From NCBI GenBank assembly GCA_019244185.1, contig JAFATB010000023.1, positions 1-64,000 of the forward strand: 64,000 bases of DNA, given 5' to 3'. The translations under genes were made by a program, and so were the position numbers. The stretch is from Acidobacteriota bacterium. Its GTDB lineage: Bacteria > Acidobacteriota > Thermoanaerobaculia > Gp7-AA8. Shown piece after piece: positions 45,767 through 57,188 of the stretch (positions are counted from its first letter, which is position 1; each line of letters opens with the position of its first letter). The notes under the pieces are model-generated. The model saw only the letters and a list, made by a program, of their open reading frames with translations. It made no database searches and was not told where the DNA came from.

Positions 45767-47005
45767 CTTCGCGTAGTCGATGGCCTGCTGCATCGTCGCG
45801 CGCGCGGCGGCGGTGTCGCCTTTCGCCGTGTAGATGTCGGCGCGCGCGGTGAGCACGACCAGCTTGCGCGGACCGTAGACGCGCGCGAGCGCGCGGTCGG
45901 ACGCGGCCAGCGCCTTGTCGTACTCCTTCATCGCGTTGTAGGCGAGGGCCAGGCGCGCCGGCGGGTTGTAGTCGTCCGGGAAATCGCGCTGCGACTGCTC
46001 GAGCATCGGGATCGCCTTTTCCGGCGTGCCGAGGTCGAGGTAGGCGGCGAGGCGGTGCGAGTCGTAGACCGCGCGCTGTTCGGCGGTCTTCGCCGCGGCG
46101 GCGGACTTCTCGAGGAACGCCGCCCATTCGCCGCGCAGCTTCTTCGCGCCCGCTTCGTCTTTCGCGTCGTCGCGCGCATCGATGAGCGACATGTACAGAC
46201 CGGAGCGGTCGTCGCCGGAGAGCGTCAGCGTGTGATCGTCGAAGACCTCGCGCGTGTCCTTCTCCAGCGTCGCGATCCACTGCGCGCGCTTCGGATTCTT
46301 CTCGTCGACTTCGATCGCGCACGAGAGCCCGCTCGCCGCGACGCCGGCCGCGGACGACGTGCCCTTCACGCGCGGATACAGATCGAGCGCGCGCGTCGTG
46401 CAGCGTTCCGCGTCGCGGGCCATGCTCAGCGAGAAGAGCAGCGACTCCGCGGTGCGGCCGTAGCCGTTCCATCCCTTCGGCGCATTGCCGAGGGCCTGGT
46501 CGAAGAGCTTCGCGGCCTCGGCGTCCTTCCCTGCGGAGGCGAGCGCGTTCGCGCGGGCGAGAAGCTGATCGGCGGACGAGAGCGACTTCGCGCGATACGT
46601 CTTCTCCGCGTCGTCGAGCATCTTGCGCAACTGCGGCACGGTCGCGCCGCCGACGTAACGCATCGTCACCGCGTCACGCTTCGCGTCGAGCACGAGCAGC
46701 GTCGGCAGCGCCGGGATCGGATACTTTTTGAGGAACGACGCGCTCTTCGCGTCTTCCGTGTTGAGGCTGAGCCAGACGAACCGTCCGGCGTACCGTTCGA
46801 GCGACGCGTCCGTGAGCACGTACGCGCGCATCGAGCGGCAGGTGTGTCACCACGGTGCCCACGCCTCGACGAAGATCGGCAGATTCTTCGTCTTCGCGCG
46901 GGACACCGCCGTGGCGTAGTCGTTCTCGATGAAAGGGAGAACTTCTTTCGCATGCGCGGCGACGCTCGCCAGGAGCACCGCCGCGGCCATGAGCATGTTT
47001 CGCAT
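45692..47005 (-). CDS. Exported thioredoxin-fold + TPR selenoprotein (WUHTC), Sec at codon 53
   Basis: Signal peptide MRNMLMAAAVLLASVAAHA; LPIFVEAWAPW-TGA(46849-47)-HTCRSM in frame with ORF 45692..46831; cis-Pro motif ALPTLLVLD; TPR-like helices. Confidence 0.88.
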
Positions 47006-47028
47006 CGTAATAGTCTACCGTGCGCGCC

Positions 47029-49122
47029 TCACATCGGACCGGGGGTGACCCAGCGACGTAACCATTCGTCCACCTCGCGGTAAAACACGCGCGAGTTTTC
47101 GGCGTTGAGAATCCAGTGGTTCTCCTCGGGCCAGACCAGCAGTCGCGACGGCACGCGCAGCCGCTGCAGCAGCGACCACGCTTCCAGCGTGTTGTTCAGC
47201 GGCACGCGGAAGTCGTGCTCGCCGACCGACAGCAGGATCGGCGTCTTGAACTGCGCGGCGAAACGCGCGGGACTCTGCGTGCGCCACACCTCGCCCTGCT
47301 CCCACACCGGACCGTTGTTCATCAGCTCGCGGCCGTAGATCGTGTCCGACGTCGCCCACTGCGTTTCGAGATTGATGAGCCCCGCGTGCGCGACGAGCGC
47401 CTTGAAGCGATCGCCCGACCACGCTTCGAGCGCGTACGTGAGATGCCCGCCGTAGCTCGCGCCGCCGGCGACCTGCCGCGTCGCGTCGATGAACGGATAG
47501 CGTTTGATCGCCTCGTCCGCCGCTTCCATCAGCTCGTCCGCGGGACCGCGCAGCGGATCGCCCTGAATGAGCTGGCCGAACTGCTCGCCGAAGCCGGTTG
47601 AGCCGCTGTAGTTCGTCATCAGCATCACGTACCCCGGCTTCGCGAGCAGGTGATAGTTCCAGCGCAGCGAGATCGCGTCGCGCCACATGTTCGCGGCGCC
47701 GCCGTGGATGAGCACGAACAGCGGGTACTTCTTCGACGCATCGAAGTTCGCCGGCAGGACGATCATGTTGTGGATGCGCCGGCCGCGCTTCGACGTGAAC
47801 CAGAAGTGCTGCGGCGGCTGCCAGTCGATCGTCTTCGCCTGCTCGACGTTGAACGACGTGAGGTTCGTGTGCTTCTTCGCGTTCAGGTCGACGCGCACGA
47901 TCTCGATCGGATTGACGGACGAGCCCCACTGCGCGACGACGACCGGCGCGCGTTCGGCGACGCGTAAGGACGTGTAGACGCCGCGCTGCGGATCGACCGC
48001 GAGCTGCGCGTCGCCGCCGGCCGCGGGCACCGAGTAGATCTTCACCAGCCCCGCGTCTTCGGCCGTGAAGTAGATCGTGCGGCCGTCGCTGGTGACGCCG
48101 AAGTCGTCGACGGAGCGGTCGGTTTTCGCGACGACGCGCTCGTTCTTCATCGACGGCCAGTCGAACGCAACGAGGCGGTTGAGGTTGTAGACCTTGCCGT
48201 TGTTCGGATTGAACGTCGCGAAAAGCGTCTTTCCGTCGGGACTGAAGTCCGGGCTGCCGTAGCCGCCGTTCGCGGTCGTGAGCTTCTCCGGCTCGCCGCC
48301 GTTCGCCGAGACTCGATAGAGATCGAACGAGACTTCCGCGTATGCGCCGGTGTTGCGCGTGCTGGTCGCGGCGAAGACGAGCCACTGTCCGTCGGGCGAC
48401 CACGCCGCGTCGAGCGACTCGCGTCCCTCGCCGCCGCCCGTGCCGCCGAAGCCGGCGCTCGCGACGAGCTTCGTGCCGGCGAGCACGTCCTTCGCCGGCG
48501 CGCCGGGCGTGAGCGACTGCACGAAGACGTGCGCCTGTTTCTCGTCGAGCCAGCGATCCCACGCGCGCACGGGGAAGCTGTCGTAGACGCGCACTTTGTC
48601 CTTACGGTCTTTCTCCGCTTTCGCTGCCTTCTTGTTGGCGTCGTCGTCGAGCGCGCCGGGATAGACGGTGCTGACGAACGAGATCGCGTTGCCGTCGGGG
48701 CGGAAGTGCGGGCGGCTCGCGCCGGTGGAGACATTCGTCACGCGCAACGCCTCGCCGCCGCCGGCGAGATCGAGGACGTAGATCTGTGCGGCGTCGTCCG
48801 TGTCGCGTTTCGCGGCGAAGGCGATGCGGCGGCTGTCGGACGACCACGTCACGTCGCTCTCGCCGGCCTTCGTGTTCGTGAGGCGGCGCGGCTGCGCGCT
48901 GCCGTCGGCGGGGACGAGCCACAGATCGCTGAGCTGATCTTTCTCGTCGTACGCGGGCTCCGTGAGCGAGAAGACGACCCACTTGCCGTCGGGGCTCAGC
49001 GCCGGCGCGCCGATGCGTTTCATCAGCCACATCGTCTCGTGCGTGAGCGGCACGCCCGCGGCGAACGCGGCGGCGGAGAAGAGAAGGAGGAGTGCGAGAG
49101 GGAGAAGCCGGACTCGTCTCAT
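47029..49122 (-). CDS. S9 family peptidase (dipeptidyl aminopeptidase/acylaminoacyl peptidase)
   Basis: Signal peptide, SPDG beta-propeller repeats, IHGG, GASYGG nucleophile, DFRV, EENHW. Confidence 0.93.
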   Translation of the reverse strand: MRRVRLLPLALLLLFSAAAFAAGVPLTHETMWLMKRIGAPALSPDGKWVVFSLTEPAYDEKDQLSDLWLVPADGSAQPRRLTNTKAGESDVTWSSDSRRIAFAAKRDTDDAAQIYVLDLAGGGEALRVTNVSTGASRPHFRPDGNAISFVSTVYPGALDDDANKKAAKAEKDRKDKVRVYDSFPVRAWDRWLDEKQAHVFVQSLTPGAPAKDVLAGTKLVASAGFGGTGGGEGRESLDAAWSPDGQWLVFAATSTRNTGAYAEVSFDLYRVSANGGEPEKLTTANGGYGSPDFSPDGKTLFATFNPNNGKVYNLNRLVAFDWPSMKNERVVAKTDRSVDDFGVTSDGRTIYFTAEDAGLVKIYSVPAAGGDAQLAVDPQRGVYTSLRVAERAPVVVAQWGSSVNPIEIVRVDLNAKKHTNLTSFNVEQAKTIDWQPPQHFWFTSKRGRRIHNMIVLPANFDASKKYPLFVLIHGGAANMWRDAISLRWNYHLLAKPGYVMLMTNYSGSTGFGEQFGQLIQGDPLRGPADELMEAADEAIKRYPFIDATRQVAGGASYGGHLTYALEAWSGDRFKALVAHAGLINLETQWATSDTIYGRELMNNGPVWEQGEVWRTQSPARFAAQFKTPILLSVGEHDFRVPLNNTLEAWSLLQRLRVPSRLLVWPEENHWILNAENSRVFYREVDEWLRRWVTPGPM

Positions 49123-49208
49123 GCAGTTCATTCGGGAACTTGACAACGGTGCGTTCGGCGGCAACGATTCCTGGCCTCTGCCGGCATTGCGACGTTCGAG
49201 GAGGAACG

Positions 49209-49604
49209 ATGAACGTGCTCTCCAGGATGATCGGTTTCCTGACCACCACGAAGCCGGACGAAGCGCGCGCGTTCTTCGGCGACAAGCTCGGCTTCCGTTT
49301 CATCGACGACGACGGCTTCGCGCTCGTCTTCGACGCGAACGGCACGATGCTCCGCATCGCGAAAGCGAAGGCTTTCACGCCGGCGCAGGGGACAGTGCTC
49401 GGCTGGCAGGTCGCCGACGTCCACGCCGCCGCCGCGCAGCTCGCCGCGCGCGGCGTCGTCTTCGAGCAGTTCGGCCTCCCGTTTCTGCAGCAGGACGACG
49501 CGGGCGTCTGGACCGCGCCGAACGGCGACGCCGTGGCGTGGTTCAAAGATCCCGACGGCAACACGCTCTCCATCTCCAGTCACGCCGCGAGCGCGCGGTC
49601 ATGA
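49209..49604 (+). CDS. VOC/glyoxalase family protein
   Basis: ARAFFGDKLG, L.ARGV.FE, AWFKDPDGNTL; GAGG RBS. Confidence 0.9.
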   Translation: MNVLSRMIGFLTTTKPDEARAFFGDKLGFRFIDDDGFALVFDANGTMLRIAKAKAFTPAQGTVLGWQVADVHAAAAQLAARGVVFEQFGLPFLQQDDAGVWTAPNGDAVAWFKDPDGNTLSISSHAASARS

Positions 49605-50374
49605 AGCAGACCGCTCTCATCACCGGCGCGTCGAGCGGCATCGGCCTCGATCTCGCGCATCTCTTCGCGCGCGACGGCCACGACGTCGTGCTCGTCGCGC
49701 GCAGCGGCGACAAGCTGCGCGCGCTCGCGCACGAGCTCGAAGTCGAGCATCAGGTCCGCGCGCATGTCGTCGTCGCCGATCTCGCGCAACCGGATGCGCC
49801 GCGCGCGATCGCGGACGCCGTGCGCGCGCTCGAGATCGACGTCCTCGTCAACAACGCCGGCTTCGGCCTCACCGGCGCGTTCGCGGAGACGCCGCTCGCG
49901 AGCGAGCTGGAGATGATCCAGGTCAACATCACCGCGCTGACGCAGCTCACGAAGCTCTTCCTGCCGGCGATGCTCGCGCGGAAACGCGGCCGCATCCTCA
50001 ACGTCGCCTCGACCGCCGCGTTTCAGCCGGGACCTTTGATGGCGGTCTACTACGCGACGAAGGCGTACGTGCTGTCTTTCTCGGAAGCGATCGCGGAAGA
50101 GCTGAGCGGCAGCGGTGTCGCCGTGACCGCGCTTTGTCCGGGACCGACGGCGACCGGCTTCGCGGATGCCGCGGCGATGCACGACCGGCGGCTCTTCAAG
50201 ATGATGCGGCCGATGACGTCGATGGACGTCGCGCGCAGCGGCTATCGCGCGCTGCAGCACGGCAAGCGCGTGGCCGTCACCGGCGCGCGCAACAAGCTGC
50301 TCGCGCAGGCGGTGCGCGTCAGCCCGCGGCGGCTGACGGTGAAGATCACGCGGGCGATGCAGGAAAAGGTGTGA
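49601..50374 (+). CDS. Short-chain dehydrogenase/reductase
   Basis: TGASSGIG, NNAG, YYATK, CPGPT. Confidence 0.93.
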   Translation: MKQTALITGASSGIGLDLAHLFARDGHDVVLVARSGDKLRALAHELEVEHQVRAHVVVADLAQPDAPRAIADAVRALEIDVLVNNAGFGLTGAFAETPLASELEMIQVNITALTQLTKLFLPAMLARKRGRILNVASTAAFQPGPLMAVYYATKAYVLSFSEAIAEELSGSGVAVTALCPGPTATGFADAAAMHDRRLFKMMRPMTSMDVARSGYRALQHGKRVAVTGARNKLLAQAVRVSPRRLTVKITRAMQEKV

Positions 50375-51390
50375 GGCCGCGGCGCGTCGCCATCCAGCCC
50401 GACAAGCTTTGGCGCGAGGACAACCCGCGCCACCAGTCGTACTCCGCGCGCTGGACCGAGCTCCTCACCCGCGACGGCCACGAGGTCGTGCCGGTCGATG
50501 TTTTCGCTCCCGAGGCGTTCGAGCGCATCCGCGCGTGCGAGGGCTTTCTGTGGTGGTTTCCGCCGCTCCCGTTTCCGCGCGACGCGGCGAAGCGGATCAT
50601 CCTCGCGCTCGCGCATGCGACCGACGTCGTGCTCTTTCCGGACTGGAAGGAAGCGTGGCATTACGACGACAAGATCGCGCAGACGTACCTGCTGCACGCC
50701 GCGCGGATTCCGATGCCGGAGACGCACGTCTTCTGGCGTTACGGCGATGCGGTCGCGTTCCTGCGCGACGCGCGCTATCCGCTGGTGATGAAGCTCGCGG
50801 CGGGCTTCTTCGCGCAGCGCGTGACGCTCATCCGCAATCGCGCGGAAGGGGAGAAGTGGGCGCGCTGGCTCTTCAGCTCCGGGCTGTCGAATCTCCATCG
50901 TCCGTTCCGCCGGCTCGTGCTGAAAGAGTTCGTGAGTCTCTGGCGCCGTCACGCGCGCACGCTCGACGTTTCGCACGGCGGCGAGGAGCAGGGCTACATG
51001 CTGTTGCAGGAGTTCGTGCCGGGGAACGACTTCGACACGCGCGTCACCGTCATCGGCGACCGCGTCTTCGCCACGCGCCGCTACAACCGCCCGAACGACT
51101 TTCGCGCGAGCGGCAGCGGTCTGCTCGACATGGATCCGGCGAAGATCGATCGCGACGCGCTCGCGCTCGGACTGCACACCGCGCGCACGCTCGGCGCGCA
51201 TTCGCTGTCGCTCGACATCCTGCGCCACCACGGCCAGCCGGTGATCACCGAGGTGAGCTTCGGGTACGAGGCCGCGCAGGTGGCGATCCGGCCGGGACAC
51301 TGGCGCGGCGACGCGCTCACGTGGAGCGAAGGCTCCGTGCGCGCGGAAGACGCGCTGCTCGAAGACTTCCTCTCACGCCTCCCGGCGTGA
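50371..51390 (+). CDS. RimK-like ATP-grasp protein
   Basis: DDKIAQ, YPLVMK, QEFVP..DFDTRV, NDFRASGSG, ITEVS; GTGA overlap. Confidence 0.8.
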   Translation: MRPRRVAIQPDKLWREDNPRHQSYSARWTELLTRDGHEVVPVDVFAPEAFERIRACEGFLWWFPPLPFPRDAAKRIILALAHATDVVLFPDWKEAWHYDDKIAQTYLLHAARIPMPETHVFWRYGDAVAFLRDARYPLVMKLAAGFFAQRVTLIRNRAEGEKWARWLFSSGLSNLHRPFRRLVLKEFVSLWRRHARTLDVSHGGEEQGYMLLQEFVPGNDFDTRVTVIGDRVFATRRYNRPNDFRASGSGLLDMDPAKIDRDALALGLHTARTLGAHSLSLDILRHHGQPVITEVSFGYEAAQVAIRPGHWRGDALTWSEGSVRAEDALLEDFLSRLPA

Positions 51391-51795
51391 CGCGGAGAAG
51401 CGGATCACGACGAGCGCGATCGCCGCGCCGCAGAGATCGAGCAGGACGTCCTGCGGACGTCCGGTGCGCATGCGCGTCATGCTCTGATGGATCTCGTCGA
51501 TCGACGCGACGACCAGCACGATCGCCAGCGCGATGCCGGCCCAGCGCATCGTGAAGCCGCGGCGCTCCGCGCGCGCGGCGCGGAAGCCGAGCGCGCCGAG
51601 GAAACCGTATGCGGTGAGGTGCGTGGCCTTGCGGATGAGGATGTTCACGAGCTCGATGGAGCGGTCGGAAAGGAACTGTCCGATGAACTCATGCAGCCAG
51701 CCGTGCGTGTGCGACGACGAGAGCCGATCGTTGCCGGCGGAGACGAGGCACGCGGCCCACACGATGACCGGCAGCCAGTAGCGGAGGAAGCGCAT
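51373..51795 (-). CDS. VanZ family membrane protein
   Basis: RKATHLTAYG.L, DEIHQ....RTG...DVLLD..GA. Confidence 0.88.
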   Translation of the reverse strand: MRFLRYWLPVIVWAACLVSAGNDRLSSSHTHGWLHEFIGQFLSDRSIELVNILIRKATHLTAYGFLGALGFRAARAERRGFTMRWAGIALAIVLVVASIDEIHQSMTRMRTGRPQDVLLDLCGAAIALVVIRFSASRREA

Positions 51796-51820
51796 GCGGC
51801 GCGTACAATACCGCCTCCGC

Positions 51821-53440
51821 ATGGAAGCCCCGACGATCCGTCTCGTCCTTCAACAGCCGAGCCTCGCACCGACGAACCTCGAGCTCCGCGGACCGGTGAT
51901 CACCCTCGGCCGCGCGAGCGACTGCACGGTGCCGATCCGCGACCGCTACCTCTCGCGCCATCACGCGGAGATCGCGTTCGAGTCGGGCGCGTGGCTCGTG
52001 CGCGACCGCAACAGCGCGAACGGCACGCTGCTCAACAACGTGAAAGTCGACGGCGGCTCGCCGCTGCGCCCCGGCGACCGCATCGTCCTCGGCGATACGC
52101 AGATCGTCTTCGATCCGCCGGTCGAGCCGTCGCTCTCGCAGATCATCCCGCTCGACACCGACTCGCAGGCGAAGAACCTCGCGCTGCCGGCGGAGAAGGT
52201 CGTCGCCGGCGACACCGCGCGCGCCGGCGTGCTCGCGTCGCTCGCGCTGGAGTTCATCGAAGACCGTCCGATGGACGACCTCTTCGAGTTCATCCTCAGC
52301 CGCGTCGTCGAGCTGCTCCATCCGTCGCGCGCGGCGCTCGCGCTCCTCGGTGCCGGCGGCTCGTTCGAGCACGTGCATCTGCGCCGCCGCGACGAGAGCG
52401 ACTCCGCCGATCTCTACATCTCGCGCACGCTCCTCGGCGAAGTCATCGAAGGGCGCAACGTCATCTCGTTCGTCGACACGTCCGTCGACGAGAAGCTCGC
52501 CCGCGCGCAGTCGATCATCGCGCAGGACATCCGCTCGGCCGTCTGCGCGCCGCTGCTCGTCGGCGACGCGGTCCTCGGCGTGCTCTATCTCGATTTCCTT
52601 TCCGCGCATGGCTCGGTGACGCAGGACGACGTGCGTCTCATCGCGCAGATCGCGCGCTTCGCCGCGGCCAAGCTCGAGACGACGCGGCTGCGCGAGGAAG
52701 CGATCGCGAAGGCGAAGCTCGACGAGGAGCTGCGCACCGCGTACACGATCCAGAGCCGCCTGCTGCCGGTCGAGCTGCCGAGCGTCGACGGCTACGACCT
52801 CGCGGGCTCGAACCGCCCGTGCCGCACCGTGAGCGGCGACTTCTACGACTTCATCGTGCGGCCCGACGGCCGCATGTACTTCATCATCGCGGACGTGAGC
52901 GGCAAGGGCATCACCGCGGCGCTGGTGATGGCCAGCCTCGCGACGGCGTTCGACATCTTCGTCAGCCGCGATCCCGATCCCGCGGAGCTCGTGTCGCAGA
53001 TCAACAAGACGCTCGCGCCGAAGACCGCGCCGACGAAGTTCGTGACGCTGGTCGCCGGCGTCCTCGATCCGCGCAGTGGGACGATCGACTTCACGAACGC
53101 CGGCCACGTGCCGCCGCTGCTGATCACGGCGTCTGGCGTCGAGCGGCTCGCGTCGACGGACATGATCGTCGGCCTCTTCGCGCACGCGCGCTACCGCACG
53201 CAGCGCGTCACGCTCGCGCCGCACGACTCGCTCGTGCTCTTCACGGACGGCGTGACGGAAGCGGAGAACGCGGACGAGGAACAGCTCGGCCTCGACTCGG
53301 TGGCGACGGCCGTCGCGACGTTGCACGGCACGCCGGCGACGCGCATCCTCGACGCCATCGACGCGCACGTGCAGGCGTTCGCCGGACACACCGCGGCGAA
53401 CGACGACGTGACGCTGCTCGCCGTCACGCGGAACGTCTGA
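51821..53440 (+). CDS. FHA-GAF-SpoIIE (PP2C) phosphatase
   Basis: LGR/SRHHA/SANGT FHA motifs; GAF (CAPLL, GVLYLD); SGDFYD, ADVSGKG, NAGH, FTDGVTE, DDVT. Confidence 0.92.
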   Translation: MEAPTIRLVLQQPSLAPTNLELRGPVITLGRASDCTVPIRDRYLSRHHAEIAFESGAWLVRDRNSANGTLLNNVKVDGGSPLRPGDRIVLGDTQIVFDPPVEPSLSQIIPLDTDSQAKNLALPAEKVVAGDTARAGVLASLALEFIEDRPMDDLFEFILSRVVELLHPSRAALALLGAGGSFEHVHLRRRDESDSADLYISRTLLGEVIEGRNVISFVDTSVDEKLARAQSIIAQDIRSAVCAPLLVGDAVLGVLYLDFLSAHGSVTQDDVRLIAQIARFAAAKLETTRLREEAIAKAKLDEELRTAYTIQSRLLPVELPSVDGYDLAGSNRPCRTVSGDFYDFIVRPDGRMYFIIADVSGKGITAALVMASLATAFDIFVSRDPDPAELVSQINKTLAPKTAPTKFVTLVAGVLDPRSGTIDFTNAGHVPPLLITASGVERLASTDMIVGLFAHARYRTQRVTLAPHDSLVLFTDGVTEAENADEEQLGLDSVATAVATLHGTPATRILDAIDAHVQAFAGHTAANDDVTLLAVTRNV

Positions 53441-53442
53441 CC

Positions 53443-54501
53443 ATGCAGAACTACACGATCCTTTCCCTCGACGGCGGCGGCATCCGCGGCCTGCTCACCG
53501 CGAAGATCCTCCAGAGCCTCGGCAACAGCGTCGTCGCGAACACGACCGTCCTCGCCGGCACGTCGACCGGCGGCATTCTCGCGCTCGCATTGGCCGCGGG
53601 CATCGACGCGCAGCAGCTCGTCGATCTCTACTCGAAGCGATGCCCGAACATCTTCGGCGCGCAGTTCTCGCCCGCATCGTCCGACGCGCAGATCCGCGAG
53701 TACCTGCATCTGCTCACCGGCAACGCGATCGCGGCGAACACGATCTGGGGCGTCATCGAGATGGGGCTGCTGAAGAAGGATCTCTTCTCCGCGAAGTACA
53801 GCCACGACGGACTCCGCCAGCAGATCACGAACGTCCTCGGCACGCACGCGACGACGCTCCTCAGCCAGCTGCCGCGCCGCGTGTTCGTGACGACGTATCA
53901 GCTCGACGACGGCAACGGCGCGTGGACGCCGATCTCGCTCGACAACTTCGGCTCGCCGGAGTCGCACGACAGCGCCATGCTCGACGCCGCGCTGTCGAGC
54001 TCCGCCGCGCCGACGTACTTTCCGCCGTACGAGCATCCGCTGTGGGGACCGTGCGTCGACGGCGGCATGTTCGCGAACGATCCGGCCATGTTCGTGCTCG
54101 CGCGCGTGCTGCAGCTCGGCGTCGATCCGAAGTCGATCCGCCTGCTGTCGATCGGCACCGGCGAAACGGTCGACGGCGTGCCGCGCGCGTACTTCAACAC
54201 CGTGCCGCCGGAGATGTGGGGCGCGGTGCAGTGGCTCGACCCGATCAAGGTGAAAGGCACGCCGCTGTCGAAAGGCCTGCTGCTCAATCTGCTGATGGAC
54301 GGCTCGTCGGAAGTCGACGACGAACAGGCCGGGACGATGCTGATGACCGGCAACTACCTGCGCGTGCAGATTCCGCTCAATCAACCGATCACGCTCGACG
54401 ACTGCAGCTGCACGCCGGAGCTCGAGAAGGTCGCCGACGCGTTCGTGCAGGGCTCGCAGTGGCCGGCGATCCAGCAGTGGGTCGCACGCAACTTCGTCTA
54501 G
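53443..54501 (+). CDS. Patatin-like phospholipase
   Basis: LSLDGGGIRG, GTSTG, SAAPTYFPP, DGG. Confidence 0.9.
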   Translation: MQNYTILSLDGGGIRGLLTAKILQSLGNSVVANTTVLAGTSTGGILALALAAGIDAQQLVDLYSKRCPNIFGAQFSPASSDAQIREYLHLLTGNAIAANTIWGVIEMGLLKKDLFSAKYSHDGLRQQITNVLGTHATTLLSQLPRRVFVTTYQLDDGNGAWTPISLDNFGSPESHDSAMLDAALSSSAAPTYFPPYEHPLWGPCVDGGMFANDPAMFVLARVLQLGVDPKSIRLLSIGTGETVDGVPRAYFNTVPPEMWGAVQWLDPIKVKGTPLSKGLLLNLLMDGSSEVDDEQAGTMLMTGNYLRVQIPLNQPITLDDCSCTPELEKVADAFVQGSQWPAIQQWVARNFV

Positions 54502-55823
54502 CGCGCTCGCGGTAACCGCAGCCGCGCCACCGCGCCGCGCGCGCCGTCGCGGTTCTCGAGCGTCAGCGTGCCGCCGTGCGCCTCCGCGATCTGGCGGCTG
54601 AGCGCGAGTCCGACGCCGCTGCCGCCGGCCTTCGTGGTGAAGAATGGTACGAAGAGATTCGCCGTCGACGCGATGCCGGCGCCGTCGTCTTCGATCGCGA
54701 CTTCGACTTCGTCGCCGCGCGTGGCGCACGCGATCGCGACGTAGCCTTCGCCCGCTTCGAGCGACGCGTCGACGGCATTGCGCGCGAGGTTGATGAGCAA
54801 CTGTTCGAGTTGATCGCGGTCGACGTCGACGAGGACGTCCTCGTCGCACGTCACGCGCAGCGGCAGCCGCTGTTCGAGCTCGGGCAATCGCGCGACGAGC
54901 TCCGCGATCGGCGTGCGTCGCAGCACGGGACGCGGCAGCCGCGCGAGCCGCGCGTAGCCGTCCATGAAGCGCGCGAGACCGGCGGTGCGCGCGCCGATGA
55001 CGGCCAGTCCGCTGCGCACATCATCGAGCCAGTCGTCCGGCCGTGCACCGGCGTCATCGTTCGCGAACAGTTCGGCGAGACTCAGTGCGATGGAGCGGAT
55101 GGGCGCGAGCGAGTTGTTGAGCTCATGGCCGAGGACGCGCAGGAGGCGCTGCCACGCGATGCGTTCTTCTTCGCGCAGCGTGCGGCTGAGATCGGAGAGC
55201 ACGAGCAAGCGATGCGGCACGCCGTTGTCGCGGAAACGCGAGCGGCGCACGAGCCAGCGTCCCGACGCGCCGGGCAACGCGAGCTCCGCGGTCTCGGATT
55301 GCGCGCCGGCGAGCAGCGGCGCGAGCCCGAGCTCTTCGGCGCTGCGGCCGAGGAGCTGCTCGGTGTTGCGCGCGAGCAGGCGCTCGCCGGCGTGGTTGAC
55401 GAGCTGCAGCCGCTCGCGCGCGTCGAACGCGAAGATCGCGGAGTCGATGCCCGCCAGGATCGCGCGCACGAGCGCCGCGGATTCAAACGCTTCCAGTCTC
55501 CGCGTCCGCAGCGCCTCGGACAACCGATCCAGATCCGCGATCACCTCCGCCATCGCGCCGCCGGACGCGCGTCGCACGCGGAACGAATAGTCCTCTTCGC
55601 GAATCGCGCCGATGAAGCTCGCCAGCGTGCGCAGCGGATAGACGAGCTGCGCGCGCACGGCGATGACGTAGAGCGCGCACGAGATGACGCACGCGCCGAG
55701 GAGCAGCCAGCGCGCGACGCCGTGCAGTTCCTTGAACGCGAGCACGAGCGCGACGGCCATCAGCGGCACGAATGCGCCGAGGCCGAGGAAAAGCACGTTG
55801 CGCTCGAAGCGGAACAGACGCAT
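54498..55823 (-). CDS. PAS-domain sensor histidine kinase
   Basis: LGHELNNSL, INLARNA, DDGAG, PFFTTK, GVGL. Confidence 0.92.
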   Translation of the reverse strand: MRLFRFERNVLFLGLGAFVPLMAVALVLAFKELHGVARWLLLGACVISCALYVIAVRAQLVYPLRTLASFIGAIREEDYSFRVRRASGGAMAEVIADLDRLSEALRTRRLEAFESAALVRAILAGIDSAIFAFDARERLQLVNHAGERLLARNTEQLLGRSAEELGLAPLLAGAQSETAELALPGASGRWLVRRSRFRDNGVPHRLLVLSDLSRTLREEERIAWQRLLRVLGHELNNSLAPIRSIALSLAELFANDDAGARPDDWLDDVRSGLAVIGARTAGLARFMDGYARLARLPRPVLRRTPIAELVARLPELEQRLPLRVTCDEDVLVDVDRDQLEQLLINLARNAVDASLEAGEGYVAIACATRGDEVEVAIEDDGAGIASTANLFVPFFTTKAGGSGVGLALSRQIAEAHGGTLTLENRDGARGAVARLRLPRAR

Positions 55824-55826
55824 CGC

Positions 55827-57184
<1,358 letters not shown>

Positions 57185-57188
<4 letters not shown>

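Noticed and set aside
51487-53442. Apparent 1004-aa patatin fusion
   Set aside because: The upstream part is an off-frame overlap with the PP2C gene; patatin starts at ATG 53443
53443-54501. CBASS anti-phage system
   Set aside because: No CD-NTase or Cap2/Cap3 genes adjacent
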